Positions 40,835 to 56,396 of a stretch of DNA of 64,000 bases are shown piece by piece. Location: the NCBI GenBank assembly GCA_951406725.2, contig OX597826.1, forward strand, positions 59,706,001-59,770,000, given 5' to 3'. The position numbers and the translations under genes were made by a program. This DNA is from Octopus vulgaris (lineage: Eukaryota). The first letter of the stretch is position 1, and every line of letters begins with the position of its first letter. The notes beneath the pieces were generated by a model, which saw only the letters and a program-made list of their open reading frames with translations, was not told where the DNA came from and ran no database searches.

Positions 40835-41777
40835 TGTGCACACGTGCGTGTGGTGTCCAAACAAATATATATATAAATAAAAGAAAGATAACGAGAACGT
40901 ATACAAGTCTATTGTTTTATTACTAGATACTGGAAGTCCGGCACCCTTTTTTTACAATTACATCGTTTTCGATTTTCGGAGGGTAGATAGCTAGAAAACT
41001 AGAAATATATCAATACAAAAAAGTGTATTTCTTCAAGACTCAAGGTGAATTTGTGTGAAACAAAAAGTATCCCACAAACTGTGAAAAAATATAAACTGAA
41101 CAAGTAAACAACCAACATGAGCTATTCCCAAAACCTTTTAACATTAAGGAGGAAATACTGTATAATTTTTTTCGTAGAATGTCATCAAGTATTTGACAAT
41201 TCAAATAACTTTTTACCCAATTTCGTTGATTTACGAAATAAATTCAACAGCAAAGCACAATTCAAGAATTTACAGTTAAACCGAAGAATTATAAATCAGG
41301 TACTACAAATTCCTTCAAATGCTAGATATACTTATACAAATCTGTGGAAGATTTTAAATCTAAGACAAGAACTGGATGATAAGATTAGAAAGAGAAATGA
41401 TCCCACAAATGTTAGTTGCCTGAGTCACAATATCATTAAAGGACATTTCATTTATGGTCACCAGATGGATTAACGGCGGTATACATTGTCAATGCGATCA
41501 CACTCACAGACAGAGTTTAGATAGAATACCTGCAAAATGTTATGCATGATACAACGGCATTTAACTTAGCTTCCTTGGTTTTCGCACACGTATGATACAA
41601 TTTCCATAGCCAAGGATAAGTTAAGAATATTTGCACTAACACTTTCGGCAGCTGTAAGTAAGCGATAATTTTTCATGAAACATTTTGAAAAATTAAATAT
41701 CTTTTTTTTTTAAAGACACTTGCGATAATACGACCAGCATATATATTAGTAAGGTTGTCTGTTCTTGGTGTAAAATT

Positions 41778-41818
<41 letters not shown>

Positions 41819-41870
41819 TATGCATGTGTATATACTTGAAAACACGCAAATAGACAATATGTATATATAC

Positions 41871-41905
<35 letters not shown>

Positions 41906-42147
41906 CATACACACATGCATATCTATATATCTACACACACACACACACACATATGTATATATATATATATATATACACACGCATATATGTATATATATAT
42001 ATATATATACATTCATACATATCTATATACGTACACATCTATATACAAACACAGAGACACACACATGCGTGTGTATATATAGATAGATAGAGAGATAAAT
42101 AGATAGATAGACAGAGAGAGTGAGTGTTTGTGTATGTGTGTATGTGG

Positions 42148-42219
<72 letters not shown>

Positions 42220-42582
42220 TAGAAATTAAGAGAAAATAAGGGAATATTACTGATAGTCTAAAAACCTCATTGACAAATTCACGTATGGAAAGATAAACAC
42301 ACACGTATGTATCCTAAACACGATAACACTTATGGGAATTAGTAAAAAAAAATGATATATGTAAAAATATATAAAAAAAGCATAAAGGACTAACTAATCT
42401 GAAGTATTTCTGTCTGGTTCCTAACTATTATCTACCATTAGTATATCATTATCGGTAATGTCATTTTTTTTTCTTTTACTCTGATAATAATTATTTTCAA
42501 ATCTATATATCTCAATATTAATATAGTGATATATGTAGGCATACAATTATATAGCTGCACACACCGCGGACATATTCACATC

Positions 42583-42623
<41 letters not shown>

Positions 42624-42646
42624 ATATCTATGTATATATATATATA

Positions 42647-42705
<59 letters not shown>

Positions 42706-42966
42706 AAACAGATATATATATATGTGTGTGTGTGTATATATACGTAAGTGTGCTTGTATAGAAGGTGTGTGAAATTTAGAATAATCATGAATTTTAATTA
42801 AAGGACTGTATTATAAAAATTTTCATTCTGTGTTGAGTGATCTGATTTTCTCGAGAAGCCATGTCGTCTAATACCTATTATGTTTTTTTATATATATGTA
42901 TATATATACATATATATATGTGTGTGTTTTTGTATATATATAAATGTGACCATATATATATATATA

Positions 42967-43002
<36 letters not shown>

Positions 43003-43020
43003 TACATATGTACGTATATA

Positions 43021-43064
<44 letters not shown>

Positions 43065-43439
43065 TATAGATATATACTTATAGATAACCCATGCTAGCAT
43101 GGAAAGCGGACGTTAAACGATGATGATGATGATATACGAATATATATAGATATATGCATATAGATATATACTTACATATACCGTTGAATTTATGTTTGAA
43201 GCATCTTAAGGAAGGTAAATTTCATCAACGTATTTAATGTAAGTGCGTTGTTGAACGGTGTGAAAGTTGCGGTGGTTTTCTCCGCGGAGACTTCTGTAAA
43301 GAAACATTGGGATTAGAAACACGGTTTTTCTCAAAGCCAGGTGATACGTGTCCCGGGAATGAACTTTGTCCAAGGTAAATCCCTCTAAAACGTATTGTGT
43401 TTAGAAATGCAATACATATTTAGTTTAATATCAGAGGGA

Positions 43440-43920
43440 ACATGATCAAACTTTGAACTTTTATAAGGGAAGACCGGTCAAAAGCGGGTCACTGAATCAG
43501 GATGTACATAGTACAGTCATCGGGTACGAGGAGTACTTGATAGGGAAACATACAAGGTCTTTGCAGCATCTTCCAACTGAAATGGATAAGAACATAGAAT
43601 ATAACAAGCCAGATATTTCAGTAACAGACGAGGAAAATCGAATGAGCATACTGATTGATATTAGATATTAGATATTGGTCTATTTGATATTAGAATCATG
43701 AAGAAAACAGATGAAAATTTGAAATCCTAAAACCCGTAAAAATTTGAAGCTGCGACGATTTCGAACATGAAATCTGTGACGACTCTACACTTGATTTCTT
43801 TGAGCACTAATGCACTAAGAACAAGAAAGATCACGAGTAAGGTTTTCGTCACATGATGGCCTATTAAAATGAAGTGAATATCTAAAGTTGCAAAGAGTAA
43901 ACTGCTGCCCACATAAATTC
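43440..43920 (+). pseudogene. Highly decayed R4/Dong-type RLE remnant
   Basis: ..DKNIEYNKPDISVTDEENRMSILIDI.. (PD..D motif); followed by TAATAA repeats. Confidence 0.55.
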
Positions 43921-43969
43921 TAGTTGAAATAAGGCCAATCCTAATTCGTATAAATAATAATAATTATTA

Positions 43970-44375
43970 TTTCTACTATAGGCATAAGGCCTGAGATATT
44001 GGGTCAGGGGACTAGTCGATTACATCGATCCCAGTGCTCGACTAGTACTTATTCTATCAACCCCGAAATAGTGAAAGGCAAAGTCGACCTCCGTGGAATT
44101 TGAACTTAAGAACGTAAATACAGACGAAATGCCGGTAAGTATTTCGCCTGGAGAGCTTACGATTCCGCCAACTCGCCATCTTATTAAACCTTTCTGTTAC
44201 AGACACAAAGCCTGAAATTCGTGGGGAAGGAGTTTTGCTGATTACACTGTCCCCGATGCTCAAATGGTATTTATTTTATCGGCCCCGACAGGATGATAGG
44301 CCAAGTCGATGGCAGCGGAATATGATTTCTGAACGTGAAGACGCACGAAATGACGCTGAGCATTTTGTCCGGCAC
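43970..44375 (-). mobile_element. Two tandem SINE group B copies
   Basis: Both carry AGTCGATTACA..CCC..GTAC/GTATTTATT..CCCCGA..AGGC.AAGTCGA; the first includes the head GATTCCGCCAACTCGCC. Confidence 0.7.
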
Positions 44376-44489
44376 ACATTATTGCTTTTAATTAGTTTAA
44401 AATATGTTATATACTGGTTTTACAGAACAAGTGGCTTTTTGCCATCATTTTCTATTATATCTTATTATTATTATTATTTTTATTATTAC

Positions 44490-44555
<66 letters not shown>

Positions 44556-47289
44556 CATTATTATTATAATTATCATCATCATCATCATCATCATCATTAT
44601 TATTATTATTATCATCATTATTATTATTTTCAGTAATGACTATGAAAAATCTCGTACTTTCAGTCTGAATATAGTAGAGTTAATATTACTAAATACGTAT
44701 GACTCTTTGTTTGAACTTCAGAATAGTGATCTTACATTTGTCCATACATAACTGATTTGTATAGTGAATATTTCCAAATATTCTTATCCTACTGTGAGAT
44801 TTCAAAAATTGCTTTCCGTACTGAGATTCAAAAATAGCTTTTAACTAATATTGCAACGGCAATCACGTGGTGGACGATGAGTAGCAGGGACATGCAACAT
44901 CAAAACAAAATATCTGATGGAGCATTTGCATGTGAAAGCTGTTGAAGAAATGCTTCCAGCGAAATATGAGGTGAAAGAAAAAAAAAAAGGGGGGGGGGAA
45001 TTGATAAAGAAAAACAAAACAAGAACAATAAATAAACGAAAGTGAAAAGCATAAACGAAATAAAGTAGAAATTACAGTTGCTCAACTAAACCATACTTTT
45101 GCCGTTTTGCTTCTATTTATTTTTGTTATATTTTCTTTTGTCTCTCTTTGCTATTTTGATAAATTTTGTTGCTGTTGTTGTTGTTGTTGTTGATGATGAT
45201 GATTTTGTTTTTGCACGTTATCAATTCCCCTGTTTTGTTGAAGATGCGGAAAACTAAATATCTCGTGTTATATATTTTTTTTTTCTCTCTCTCTCTTTCT
45301 CTTTTTCTCCTTTTTCTTTTCATTTCATCGTTCGACTTTCGTGCAGAAATTGTTACACTGCACGAAACAGCTGTGAATGATGAATAATTGACTGAAGATC
45401 TGCTGTGAGTAACATTTTCCGTCGGGAAGATCTTAACTCACATGAGTTTTTGTAATTGTACAGGCACACCGCTACATAGCCACTTACCGTGATAGTCCTT
45501 GTTAGAGATCGATCCCTGTTTGCATAACTCCTTTGGTATAATAGCATAGAGGCCTTACAGAAATAGCCATCTGTGTATCACATTTAATGCAGATACATAA
45601 TTGAAAGGCAGATTAATTATCTCATCAGGAGATAATATCTTTTGTCGGTGTACGATGATTAGAATCACAAATATATGATTTTAAAAAAACCAACCAATAC
45701 ACCCATAACAGACATTATTTCTGGACGAATACTGCATTAAATATAAATACAGATGGCTTTTGTAATCGTATATTACTGTTGTTCCATATAAACAAATTCT
45801 TACAGAAATGATTTTAAATAAATTGATATGAAAAATCAGCATGAAATTTTAAATAATTCAAATGTAGATAACAAATTATTATAAAGGCGCATAAATATGG
45901 TGATTTAAGTCTATTTCTAAGGGTTTCTGGTGTTAGTGTGCAATATTCTTTAAATTCCATCAATTTTGTTCTTCAGTCTTTCATATAATGCGGATGGTCA
46001 GATCAATATACAAAATTCCTGATTCTTACAAATCTATGATCACAAAACTCATGTGAGTGATTTTCATTATATTAGGTATATAGTTGAAATCCATACATAC
46101 ATTCTGTAGAGCACGCCTTCATTATGCAATTCCTGTATTAATTAATAAGATTATAAGTTTCTGGATATTTAATCTCGTGCTTCCAATAGATACTCAATCG
46201 ATTTGATCATCGATTGTAAACAAGTTTTCTCTTGTGTACATACTTATAGATTGAATTCGATTTAGAAACATTTAACTCGCACCCATTCTGTTACTCTGTA
46301 TCAACGATAAAACAAATGATGATGATTAAATATCAAACCAATGAAAAGTCTATGTATGTATAAATAATATTATTATACACTCTAATGATCAGGCTAATTA
46401 AACAGAAAATTATAATTATATTAACAACAACCGTCTCAGATATTTGGATATTTAATTATTTCGTAGACAAATGAAATATACTCAAGCATGTGTAACTCAA
46501 ATATTGGTATGTCTTTACTTTCTCCTCTGAAGTTTCATATTTTACAATATCCATCCAATGTGACTAAATGTAAATGTCTATCTTGCTTAACATTTAGACG
46601 ACCAAATATTTCTTAGCAAATATTTAGACGTCGATGTGTCCAAAATTAATTAAACATAAGGAATTTAAATGAATGAATTTACGGGTTGATTTATGGCCAA
46701 TACAATTATAGTTATTTAAAATTTCAGTTTTGGACGAAATATTCCGGTAGTGTATATATAACTATCACAAGGTTTGTTTCGGCAAATGTATGGTTTAATT
46801 GAGTAACTGAAGTTTCAGTTTGATTTCCAATTGTCATTATCCGTTTTAATTTTACATATGAGAATATTATTGATCTAGGTTAAAACTTGAATCGATAATC
46901 CCTGATTACAATTTGGAATGCTCCTAACAGTGTTGAACAAATTGCTTTCAATTATTATTTCCGGCTCTTTTTATTCTGAGTTCAACTCTGTCTAAGGATG
47001 AAGTTACCTGTCATTCATTTGCTAGACGATAAGATTCAGTACTATTCAGGGATTGGTTTCAATATTATCGACTACCCCACTTCTCAAAAATCCTGGTTGT
47101 AAAATGAATCTATTATAGTTACATTGTCAAAATCAAACAGGCATTTTTCGGGGAATTCCAGACTACTGAAAGCAAGTGTGCAAATCATCTTATCTCTAAA
47201 GATACGGATAGTATTCAGGAAAATATTTATCGCATAATCGCCTTAAATTTAGAATTTCTTTTTATGACATCTGGTAAATAGCATTGAGG

Positions 47290-47490
47290 ATATAATGGAT
47301 TCTAATTCAAACAAATGGCAAGGAATTTTGAGAGGATGAGATGAGTCGATACCATCAACTCTACTACTTGACCCGATGGGGTCAAAGGCAAAGTTAACCT
47401 CGGCAGAATTTAAACAGAGAACCCCAAAAGCTAACATAAATACCGTAAAACATTTTCTCTTATGCTTTCAGGATTCGACCAGCTCGCCAT
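47290..47490 (-). mobile_element. SINE group B, degenerate
   Basis: AAAGGCAAAGTTAACCTCGGCAGAATTT...GATTCGACCAGCTCGCC. Confidence 0.6.
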
Positions 47491-49346
47491 TATATTGCTG
47501 ATATAACAAAAGAGTAGAGAATATATATATGAAACAAACATTTGTATTACTCTCTAATTATATTTAATGCTTGATAAATGGCCTCCGTCGGTCAAGAAGG
47601 CCCAGACTTCTGTCCGCATCAATCCTGGAAAAGCCACTTTGCAGGAAGTCACTCAGCTCTCCATGCATGCAAGACTTTGATCGTCGTGACTGCAAAATTT
47701 ATGCAAAGGATTATCCACTGATATTGGGTCGATACCACTTGGCAAAAGAGTTTTCGTTCTTGATGTTGTCATATTGCAAAAGGATGGTCGAAATAGCGCA
47801 GTGAATTTCGTGAGACTCTCTAATAGTTACAGAAATCAATCACGTTGCGTTGGTATTTTTCGTATGAAAATTACCCTGAATTATTGTAAAGCAAAATTTA
47901 CTTCGGCATGATTTGAACACAGGATGCAAGGGGCTCAGAACTAATACCATGATGTCACCATCCAAATCTGAACACAGAAAAATTTGCCATTTTCCAATGA
48001 TAGATTTTCAGCGAAGTACATAGTAAGATAACTTGTGTGCAACTAAGTTGTTTCATGGCGTTAATTTTGAAAATCTATAAATTTTAATCTGAATTTCTCG
48101 ACTTTAACTTCAACTGGTTGATAATCAAAACACAATCTTACAATACATTTCACGAGCGAGATTTCGATTAATCTTAAAAGCAGAAATATTTGAATGTGAG
48201 CTATATAGACTCAGAAATCAATTCTGCTTGCTCCTTTCTCTGAGCATACCACTGGCAATTAGATAAATAATCGAAGCACTGTGTGTGACTCATAAATCTA
48301 GCAACAAATCATTGAATTGTTAAATATAATCTAGAACTACGCTAATAACACCACCACAATGGATATCTGTTGTGCGGCCCTCTGCATTGATGTGTGCTAA
48401 ATAGTTCGTAATAACATGTAAATGATGAATGTAGTAAAAAAAAGTGTTTGTGGCGGTTTGTTTTTGGTGACAATAATTTCAGTAATTTTTAGCGGACTGA
48501 ATATTATTTTTATGGTAAAGGACAATAGAAGAAATATTACTCACAGTATATCACAAAATATTTTTTTCACTCTTGTATATGAAACACTCCTTATCAGTGC
48601 ACATCTCCCCTAATGTCTCCGAATTGCAGAGATTAAATACTGCATCCAGTTTGCACAGAAGCCATGGTAAGCGATATGCATGAATCTGCGTTTAACAAAA
48701 TGGAAGATATATTTTACCACGAGAAGAAATAGCTGTAGTGACACAATCCAGAAAGGATTTTGATATGTAGATACGATGTTTTATTATCAAATGTTTATAG
48801 AAAAAAAACATAAAATAAAAATTCTTTTATGTATATTTTCTTAAACATGATTTAGATATATAATTAAAAGAAAACCCTACACCGCATTTGTCCATGGCGT
48901 CAGTAACTCATTCCTTTTTCTAGAAATCTTTACTGAGTTATATATTTCTGACGCTCATCAATTGTCGACATTTACTAAATGTAAAATGTAAAATGCAAAG
49001 GAATAAATACATATTAAAAAATTTATTAAAAAAATCCACGAACAAAACTATGAGTATTTCCAATCTCAGTATATCATCTTTATATATTCTTTCTGAAAAG
49101 CGAACCACCCCTTCGAAGGAATGAATGCAAAGAAATTAATATATTCTCCTCAACGACACATAAAATCTAAAGAGTTTAGGATTTTACGACAGGGAAAGTT
49201 ACATAGCCAACTTGAGTATGGGAGTCTATTACTTGGAGAATGAATAAGTCAAAAATATAATACAAAACTGTGTGTGTATATGTAGGTAAGTATGTATATA
49301 TGTATGTATCTCTCTCTCATTCTTCTCTATCTCACTCTCTCTCTCC

Positions 49347-49383
<37 letters not shown>

Positions 49384-49533
49384 CATGCATACATACATAC
49401 ACAAACATATGTACTTATCGTATAAGAAATACCATGGAAATGTATGACAAATATATTACTATAGTTTTATACGTTTACATTTATACCTATATACGCAAGT
49501 ATATATATATTATATATATGTTATTGTTCATGC

Positions 49534-49573
<40 letters not shown>

Positions 49574-49900
49574 AAATGTATACCATAGAATGCGTATACA
49601 TGCACATACAAACACGCATATTCACACACACGTACATAAAAGCATACATAAACGCATAAACACAAAGAGTGGGAAGTGAAGTAGAGAAAAATCTAAGCGG
49701 AAAAAATACAGAAAGAAGGTAAAAAAAATCATCATTATATTAATACCGAAATGAAGGAAAATATTAAATATATAGGAAATACCCAAAACAATGAAAGGAG
49801 TATGAATGAAACAGCAAAGATTCTTGTTAAAAATGTGGGAAAATATACAAAAGAAAAATGTAAAGAATAGGAACAAAGACATACATACATACATATATAC

Positions 49901-49986
<86 letters not shown>

Positions 49987-50284
49987 GCATCTAAAATTGA
50001 TAAAAAATATACAACAAATAAATTATTGAATGAATGAAGATAGGGATTTAGAAGAAATAATAAGTGGAAAGCGAAATGAAAAGAAATGATATGATGGATA
50101 TCTATATTTGCTACTGAATGATATTGGTGATATCACATCACAATCCAGTGACGATTAAAAATCTAGTCGCAAAACTCTTCTTCCTTCCCTATATGCCATG
50201 AGATATTAAGATATCATGCGATATCATGCTTTACCACACTTAATATCCCATCATTTCAATGGCCAGAACGGAGAAAATATGATT

Positions 50285-50348
<64 letters not shown>

Positions 50349-50363
50349 CATATATATATTTAA

Positions 50364-50400
<37 letters not shown>

Positions 50401-50410
50401 TACTCATATG

Positions 50411-50443
<33 letters not shown>

Positions 50444-50578
50444 ATTTATATATATAGAGAGATAGATAGATAGATAGATAGATAGATACGCATATGTATA
50501 TATATATACATATGCGTATCTATATATATATATATAGATACGCATATGTATATGTATATATATATATAAAAGATACGC

Positions 50579-50624
<46 letters not shown>

Positions 50625-51289
50625 GTATGTATGTATATATACCCTCTGGATACGTGCATATATTCATAGAATAATATATAGAGATTCATATAGAATTATT
50701 GTGTACGAAAATGTCATATTAATCAATGTTTTTCTAGGCGAGGGTGTAAGTCTTATAAGTAAAAAGAAAGATACAAACAATAACAATTTAGCCTAATCAT
50801 ATTAAAATGTGAAAATAAATCCTTCCTGGCACCAAAATGTCTCAAAATGGACGGGAGATGCATCTGTTCGCGGCTATGATGTTTTTGCGTATTTGTTAGG
50901 TAAAGGGAAAAAGAATTCCAAATCTACGTTGGTTCCCTGAAATGTTAGCCATGTACGTGGGCAATATCAATTTCGCCTTAGATTGTCTTGATGTACATAT
51001 AGGTGACGAACGCACAGAATGCACATATGTTCAATATATTGGCATTATTAACTTGTCAAACTAGCGAAAAACCCTTTATGGTCCAAAACACTGAATATCA
51101 TATGTTACGCACGGAGCAATGAAAATGTACCCCCAGCTCTGAGCTGATGACGAGGTAGCTTTATATTCTAGCTAGCGAAAATCTCCTAAGTCTAAAGGTA
51201 ACGACAACATATCTAAGACTTCAGGCAAGTATAAAGACTCTGTCCTGGAATGCGGTTTGGTAGATGTAGTAGCTATATTTCCTCGAAAT

Positions 51290-51681
51290 GGAGGCGCAAT
51301 GGCCCAGTGGTTAGGGCAGCGGACTCGCGGTCATAGGATCGCGGTTTCGATTCCCAGACCGGGCGTTGTGAGTGTTTATTGAGCGAAAACACCTAAAAGC
51401 TCCACGAGGCTCCGGCAGGAGATGGTGGTGATCCCTGCTGTACTCTTTCACCACAACGTTCTCTCACTCTTACTTCCTGTTTCTGTTGTACCTGTATTTC
51501 AAAGGGCCGGCCTTGTCACTCTCTGTGTTACGCTGAACCTCCTCGAGAACTACGTTAAGGGTACACGTGTCTGTGGAGTGCTCAGCCACTTACACGTTAA
51601 TTTCACGAGCAGGCTGTTCCGTTGATTCGGATCAACCGGAACCCTCGTCGTCGTAACCAACGGAGTGCTTCCATCCATCCA
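51290..51681 (+). mobile_element. tRNA-derived SINE group C, tail type 2
   Basis: Same ~190-bp head as 35001 with a different 3' half, ending in (TCCA)n. Confidence 0.85.
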
Positions 51682-53585
51682 TTTCCGCGAAACAATAGTG
51701 TAGCGTCTTAAGAAAAGAAGAGGATTCATTACATTATGTACCCTTAGATATACCTAACACTAATACGCAGCCTGATAATGCAAATAAGTTTCTGGCCTCA
51801 ATTGAAATTATTGTCCTGTTTCAGCAGGAGAGATCCATATGTACCTGGGTGTAGAAGAGGACACGAATAGGAACTTATCGGATACTGCGCATCGTTTAAA
51901 TCCGGCGTCAGCCGGCGTTTTCTTGTATCTTTAAATTTAAAGAAACCAATTAGTAAAAGTTGCTTACTTTAAATTATTTGTAATCAATTGACCAACTTAG
52001 AAACCATTATCACTCAGGTAGAAATTGTTATAAACAACTTGAAGTGGTTTGATATGCTTTGAGAGATCTTGCTTAGACGTAGGTGAGGCCGTTGCAAATA
52101 GATCAACAATGAACGTTAGTATAGTCATAACCATATCATCTTTTTTTGATATAGTCTAACACAGATTATATTACTTAATGATTACATCAATTTAAATTAG
52201 GAAGATGTGATGTGGGAACCACTGAACACTTACGTCTATTAGGTCGAGAAACTACCAGTTATCTCAATGAAGTGTAATAGTAGTTCTTGCATGAATAATA
52301 TATGGGTTGCATGTTTAGTTTTCTTCAACAATAGCATCACACCAAAATTTGTATTAGGGTTTAATAAAGTGTATATAGATGAAAAGATAATCATGGATTT
52401 GTAACTTTGGCATAAAGGGGCCCACTTTCGGGAAAAGGCGAGACTAGTAACATCAAACTAGGAATTTTAAGGTTAAATTATTATATCGAAAGAACGGAGA
52501 TAAATTATCATCCTTGGCGAGAATTGATCTCAGAACGCAAAGAGGAGCAATATAAGACAACAAACAACAGACTTTATTCTCACGCTTCTACTCAACGACT
52601 TTGAATAGTAACGTTAAGAATATTAATTTGGAAATTTAGACGTTGTAACGCATTGTGGACGAGAAAGCCGTTACTTATATCGATCGACAAAACATCAGGT
52701 TCACATACTTATCTCAGGTAACTTATTAATTAAAATCTGTGGATCCTGATTCCGTCGCTCATTTTTAACTATCATCCATACATATATTGTCTTAAAATAT
52801 TTTGTACATTTTTCCCATTTTTAAACTCATGGAGGCAATGATATACGTTGCAATAATAAATCACTTTGTTTAATTGAATAATGAATAGATTTAAATATAA
52901 TCCCACACCTGATGTAACAAATCTCTTTAAGGGCAGTTTATTTTTATCATAGTTTATTTTCAAATAAAGCAGTGTTTATGTATTATATGACTATCTGACA
53001 TCTCTGCACACTTGAGACTATATAATGCTGCATTGAGCAATAATGTTACTGAAAAGGTCTGCTTATTTTTGGTGAATGGACACTGAAGATTAGAAGTGTC
53101 CTTATGAATATTTATCATTCTATATTTGTTGTACTATTGAAGTTCAGTACAAAACATCGTCATCGCACATTCACAGATAATGTCGTTAGTTTGAAGTAGC
53201 ATTACGTAACATTATTAATAAATGCAAGATACCTGACTCAGCAGAAAGCCATTCATGCCGTCACTCGGGCAACTATAACTTACAACGAAATCTCTCCTAG
53301 CGTTGTAAAAAGACGGTGACTATAAAAGATAAAATTTTTTTTCGATATGTTTAGAAGGCAGACTTCAATATCATTAATATCATATTTAGAAGTAATTTCC
53401 CCTCACCCCACCCATAAAACATAATACACGCAGAGGTATCACATTTAGTCAAGAAAGGAATAATAACAGTAGTATACACACGAAAGACTGAAGCCATCAT
53501 ATCGTATGCTACTCCATTCTGGTGTCTAAACCTCTCTTTAACAAACACCAACATATTACAAGGAGCAGAAAATCACTGGCTACAC

Positions 53586-54020
53586 ATTCTTTTACTGGTT
53601 TCAGTCATTTCACTGCAGCCATGCTGGAGCACCGCCTATAGTCGAACAAATCAACGCCAGGACTTATTCTTTGTAAGCCTAGTACTTATTCTATCGGTCT
53701 CTTTTACAGAAATGCTAGGTTACCGGGACATAAACACACCAACATCGGTTGGCAAGCAATGGTAGGATGACAAACACAGACACACACATAAATATATATA
53801 TATACATACATACACTAATACATATATATATATGAATATATATACGACGGGCTTCTTTCAGTTCCGTCTACTAAATCCACAAGGGTTTGGTCGGCCCGAG
53901 GCTATAGTAGAAGATGCTTACCCAAAGTGCCACGCAGTGGGACTGAACCCGCAACCATGTGGTTGGGAAGCACGCTAAGCATTTCGCCTGGTGTGCTAAC
54001 GTTTCTGCCAGCTCGCCTTA
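53586..54020 (-). mobile_element. SINE group A body fused to a group B head
   Basis: Group A sequence to ~53971, then GCTAAGCATTTCGCCTGGTGTGCTAACGTTTCTGCCAGCTCGCC. Confidence 0.75.
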
Positions 54021-55367
54021 AACCCAGAGTAAGATAATAACCAACTGCATGCAAAACCAATGATAAATTTAGAGAAATAGATAATCTACTGACTGAACTC
54101 ACCACTATAAGGTCAACACAAAAGAACCAAAGAAGAAAGTTCTACTTTGTTTCCTACCCACTACAAAAAGATGCCAAATCCTCTAAACAACTACCGTGTT
54201 ATAAAAAGCGATGGTGATCAAATTTATTCTAGTGATTCAAGCAAATAGGATAGTGAGAATCGCATTATGCTTGATGATTTTTTCGTTCAACTAGAGATTA
54301 AGTCACTCTAAAAAACGTCAACATCAAGGACATATGTAGACATACAAAGTGGAGAGTGAAGAGAGTACAATATTGCCAGACTTTCACACTATGACCATAC
54401 CATTCATCGCTATATATCAGAGAGTTCAGTACAGTTGTGATTTAGAGCGACAGTATACTTGAGTAACAGTATAGCTAGGATGAAATAGGATAAGACGAAC
54501 GACAAACCTACAAATGGTACTTAAACAGCCCCCATTTCACTACCTGCCAAGAGACTGTAGTATAAGAGAGCAGATTTAGAACCACAAATAGTCATCAAAC
54601 GCGCCAGAAACACCTGATATTTGATTGATTGTCTTTTGCGATGCCCAAAAAAGTGCTATTTTTATGTCTAGATATTCCGTTCATTTTTCATTTTCGTATA
54701 TCTACAGATACATAATGTTCATAACGTTCAACCTCTTTAATCTCATCACCCTTGGAGGTCGAGTAAATAAATTGTCACTCTCACTTATATATCTAATTGA
54801 CTTCTACAGAGCTGTTTATGTTTCTAAAGATGCTGGAGAATACATTTTCTACAGACATTCCCACCATATAAGTTCGATACAGAATAGTGACTATGCTGAC
54901 CTTAGACTATTTTCAATAGAATATAAACATCTTGAACCCTGCTTCTCTTCTGCAATATCCAATAGCTTCTCATATCTCTCCAACGTTTTATTAAACGATA
55001 TAATAAATATACGCATTCGTTCTCTGTTTTTATTTTCTTTCGCTTCTTTATCGTCTCTGTTTCATCATGATTCTGCTTTTAGTTACATACATATGCAAAC
55101 CTTAATATACATGTACATGCATATATATACACACATACTTTCAGTGTTCTTTTTTTATTCAGCCATCTTTTGTTTTTGAACATATAGATGTTTGTTTACT
55201 TCTGTGTTTTCCATATACTTATATACATACATCGATCCATCCATCCATACACACACACATATACACACACACACGTATACATATACATACATATATTCAT
55301 ATATATGTATATATTTATATGTATATCCATATACATATATATACTTATTTGTATGTAGATAAAGACA

Positions 55368-55454
<87 letters not shown>

Positions 55455-55943
55455 GTGTGTGTGTGTGTATGTGTGTGTATAGATGCAAGTAGCATTTTCA
55501 TGGATGTGCACATGAATATATTCGTATGGGTGAGTGTATGCGAGCGTGTCTGCCGAGAGAACATTATCAATATTCTATAGTAAATATCATTCGCAAGATC
55601 ACAGAATGAGATAACATCTGATCTTTAACAAGAAACTACGATGATATAAATTAAACATGATATCGAGCGATCATATTCAGAGATAGCACTATGATGCGCT
55701 TTTGTTTATAGTTCTTGTTGTTGCTGGTTGTATTTGTATTATTGCTGTAATAGTGGCCTGGGGCTATAGCAAGTGGTAATCTTGTGTCATTGTCAGCCAA
55801 AGGCAGCATCAATTCGATCAATTGCTTAAGCAATTTCAATATTCTTACATCACTACAGATGTTGATGAGGATGCGTGTGCCTTATTGCTTATTTTAAACG
55901 GGTGAAACGTTCTTAAATTGACGAGTAATGTCGTTGATCAAAT

Positions 55944-56305
55944 ATTTCTACTTGTACTTGTGGCGACATTCACCCTGGTTGCGTTGAGTCGGCTTCTTCT
56001 ACCACCCTCGAGGCATCTCGAACCATGGAAGCCCACACAAGACGGTCCTGCGCTAGTTCACTGTAGATAGCGAGCCAGTCACGGTTCCATCGGCGCAGGC
56101 CGACCACCTACGGACCCGTGAGCACGAAGATGTCATCCTTGATCGTCGTAGCCCAGGTCTTCAGCTGCCCGCTCGCGCGTTTCCGCCAATTGGGAAATGG
56201 AGTTGGGAGAAGTACATCACGGCTCAGTTCACCCACCGGACGCCTACATGCATGGCCAAACCACCGCAAGCGCCGTTCCATGAATTCTCAATGGCGAATA
56301 CAATG
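55944..56305 (-). mobile_element. 5'-truncated RTE-clade LINE with 11-bp target-site duplication
   Basis: RRLRWFGHACRRP..WRKRASGQLKTWATTIKDD..GP*VVGLRRWNRDW..LAQDRLVWASMVRDA; CAAGTA x2 tail; GTTGATCAAAT at 55933-55943 and 56306-56316. Confidence 0.85.
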
Positions 56306-56396
56306 GTTGATCAAATGCCATGTGAAATAACATATTTGAGAGACTATCGCCATATCTATGTGAATATTATATCGCATCATCTTACGGAAGTTGAAA

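Noticed and set aside
44888-44970. Possible coding exon (TCNIKTKYLMEHLHVKAVEEMLPAKYE)
   Set aside because: Weak splice sites and no recognisable homology.
51135-51190. CTGATGA...TAGCT/AGCTA..CGAAA
   Set aside because: Stem II is not contiguous with the core and there is no convincing stem I or III.
51290-51365. tRNA gene
   Set aside because: A/B boxes are present, but the sequence continues into a repeated SINE body and lacks a proper cloverleaf.
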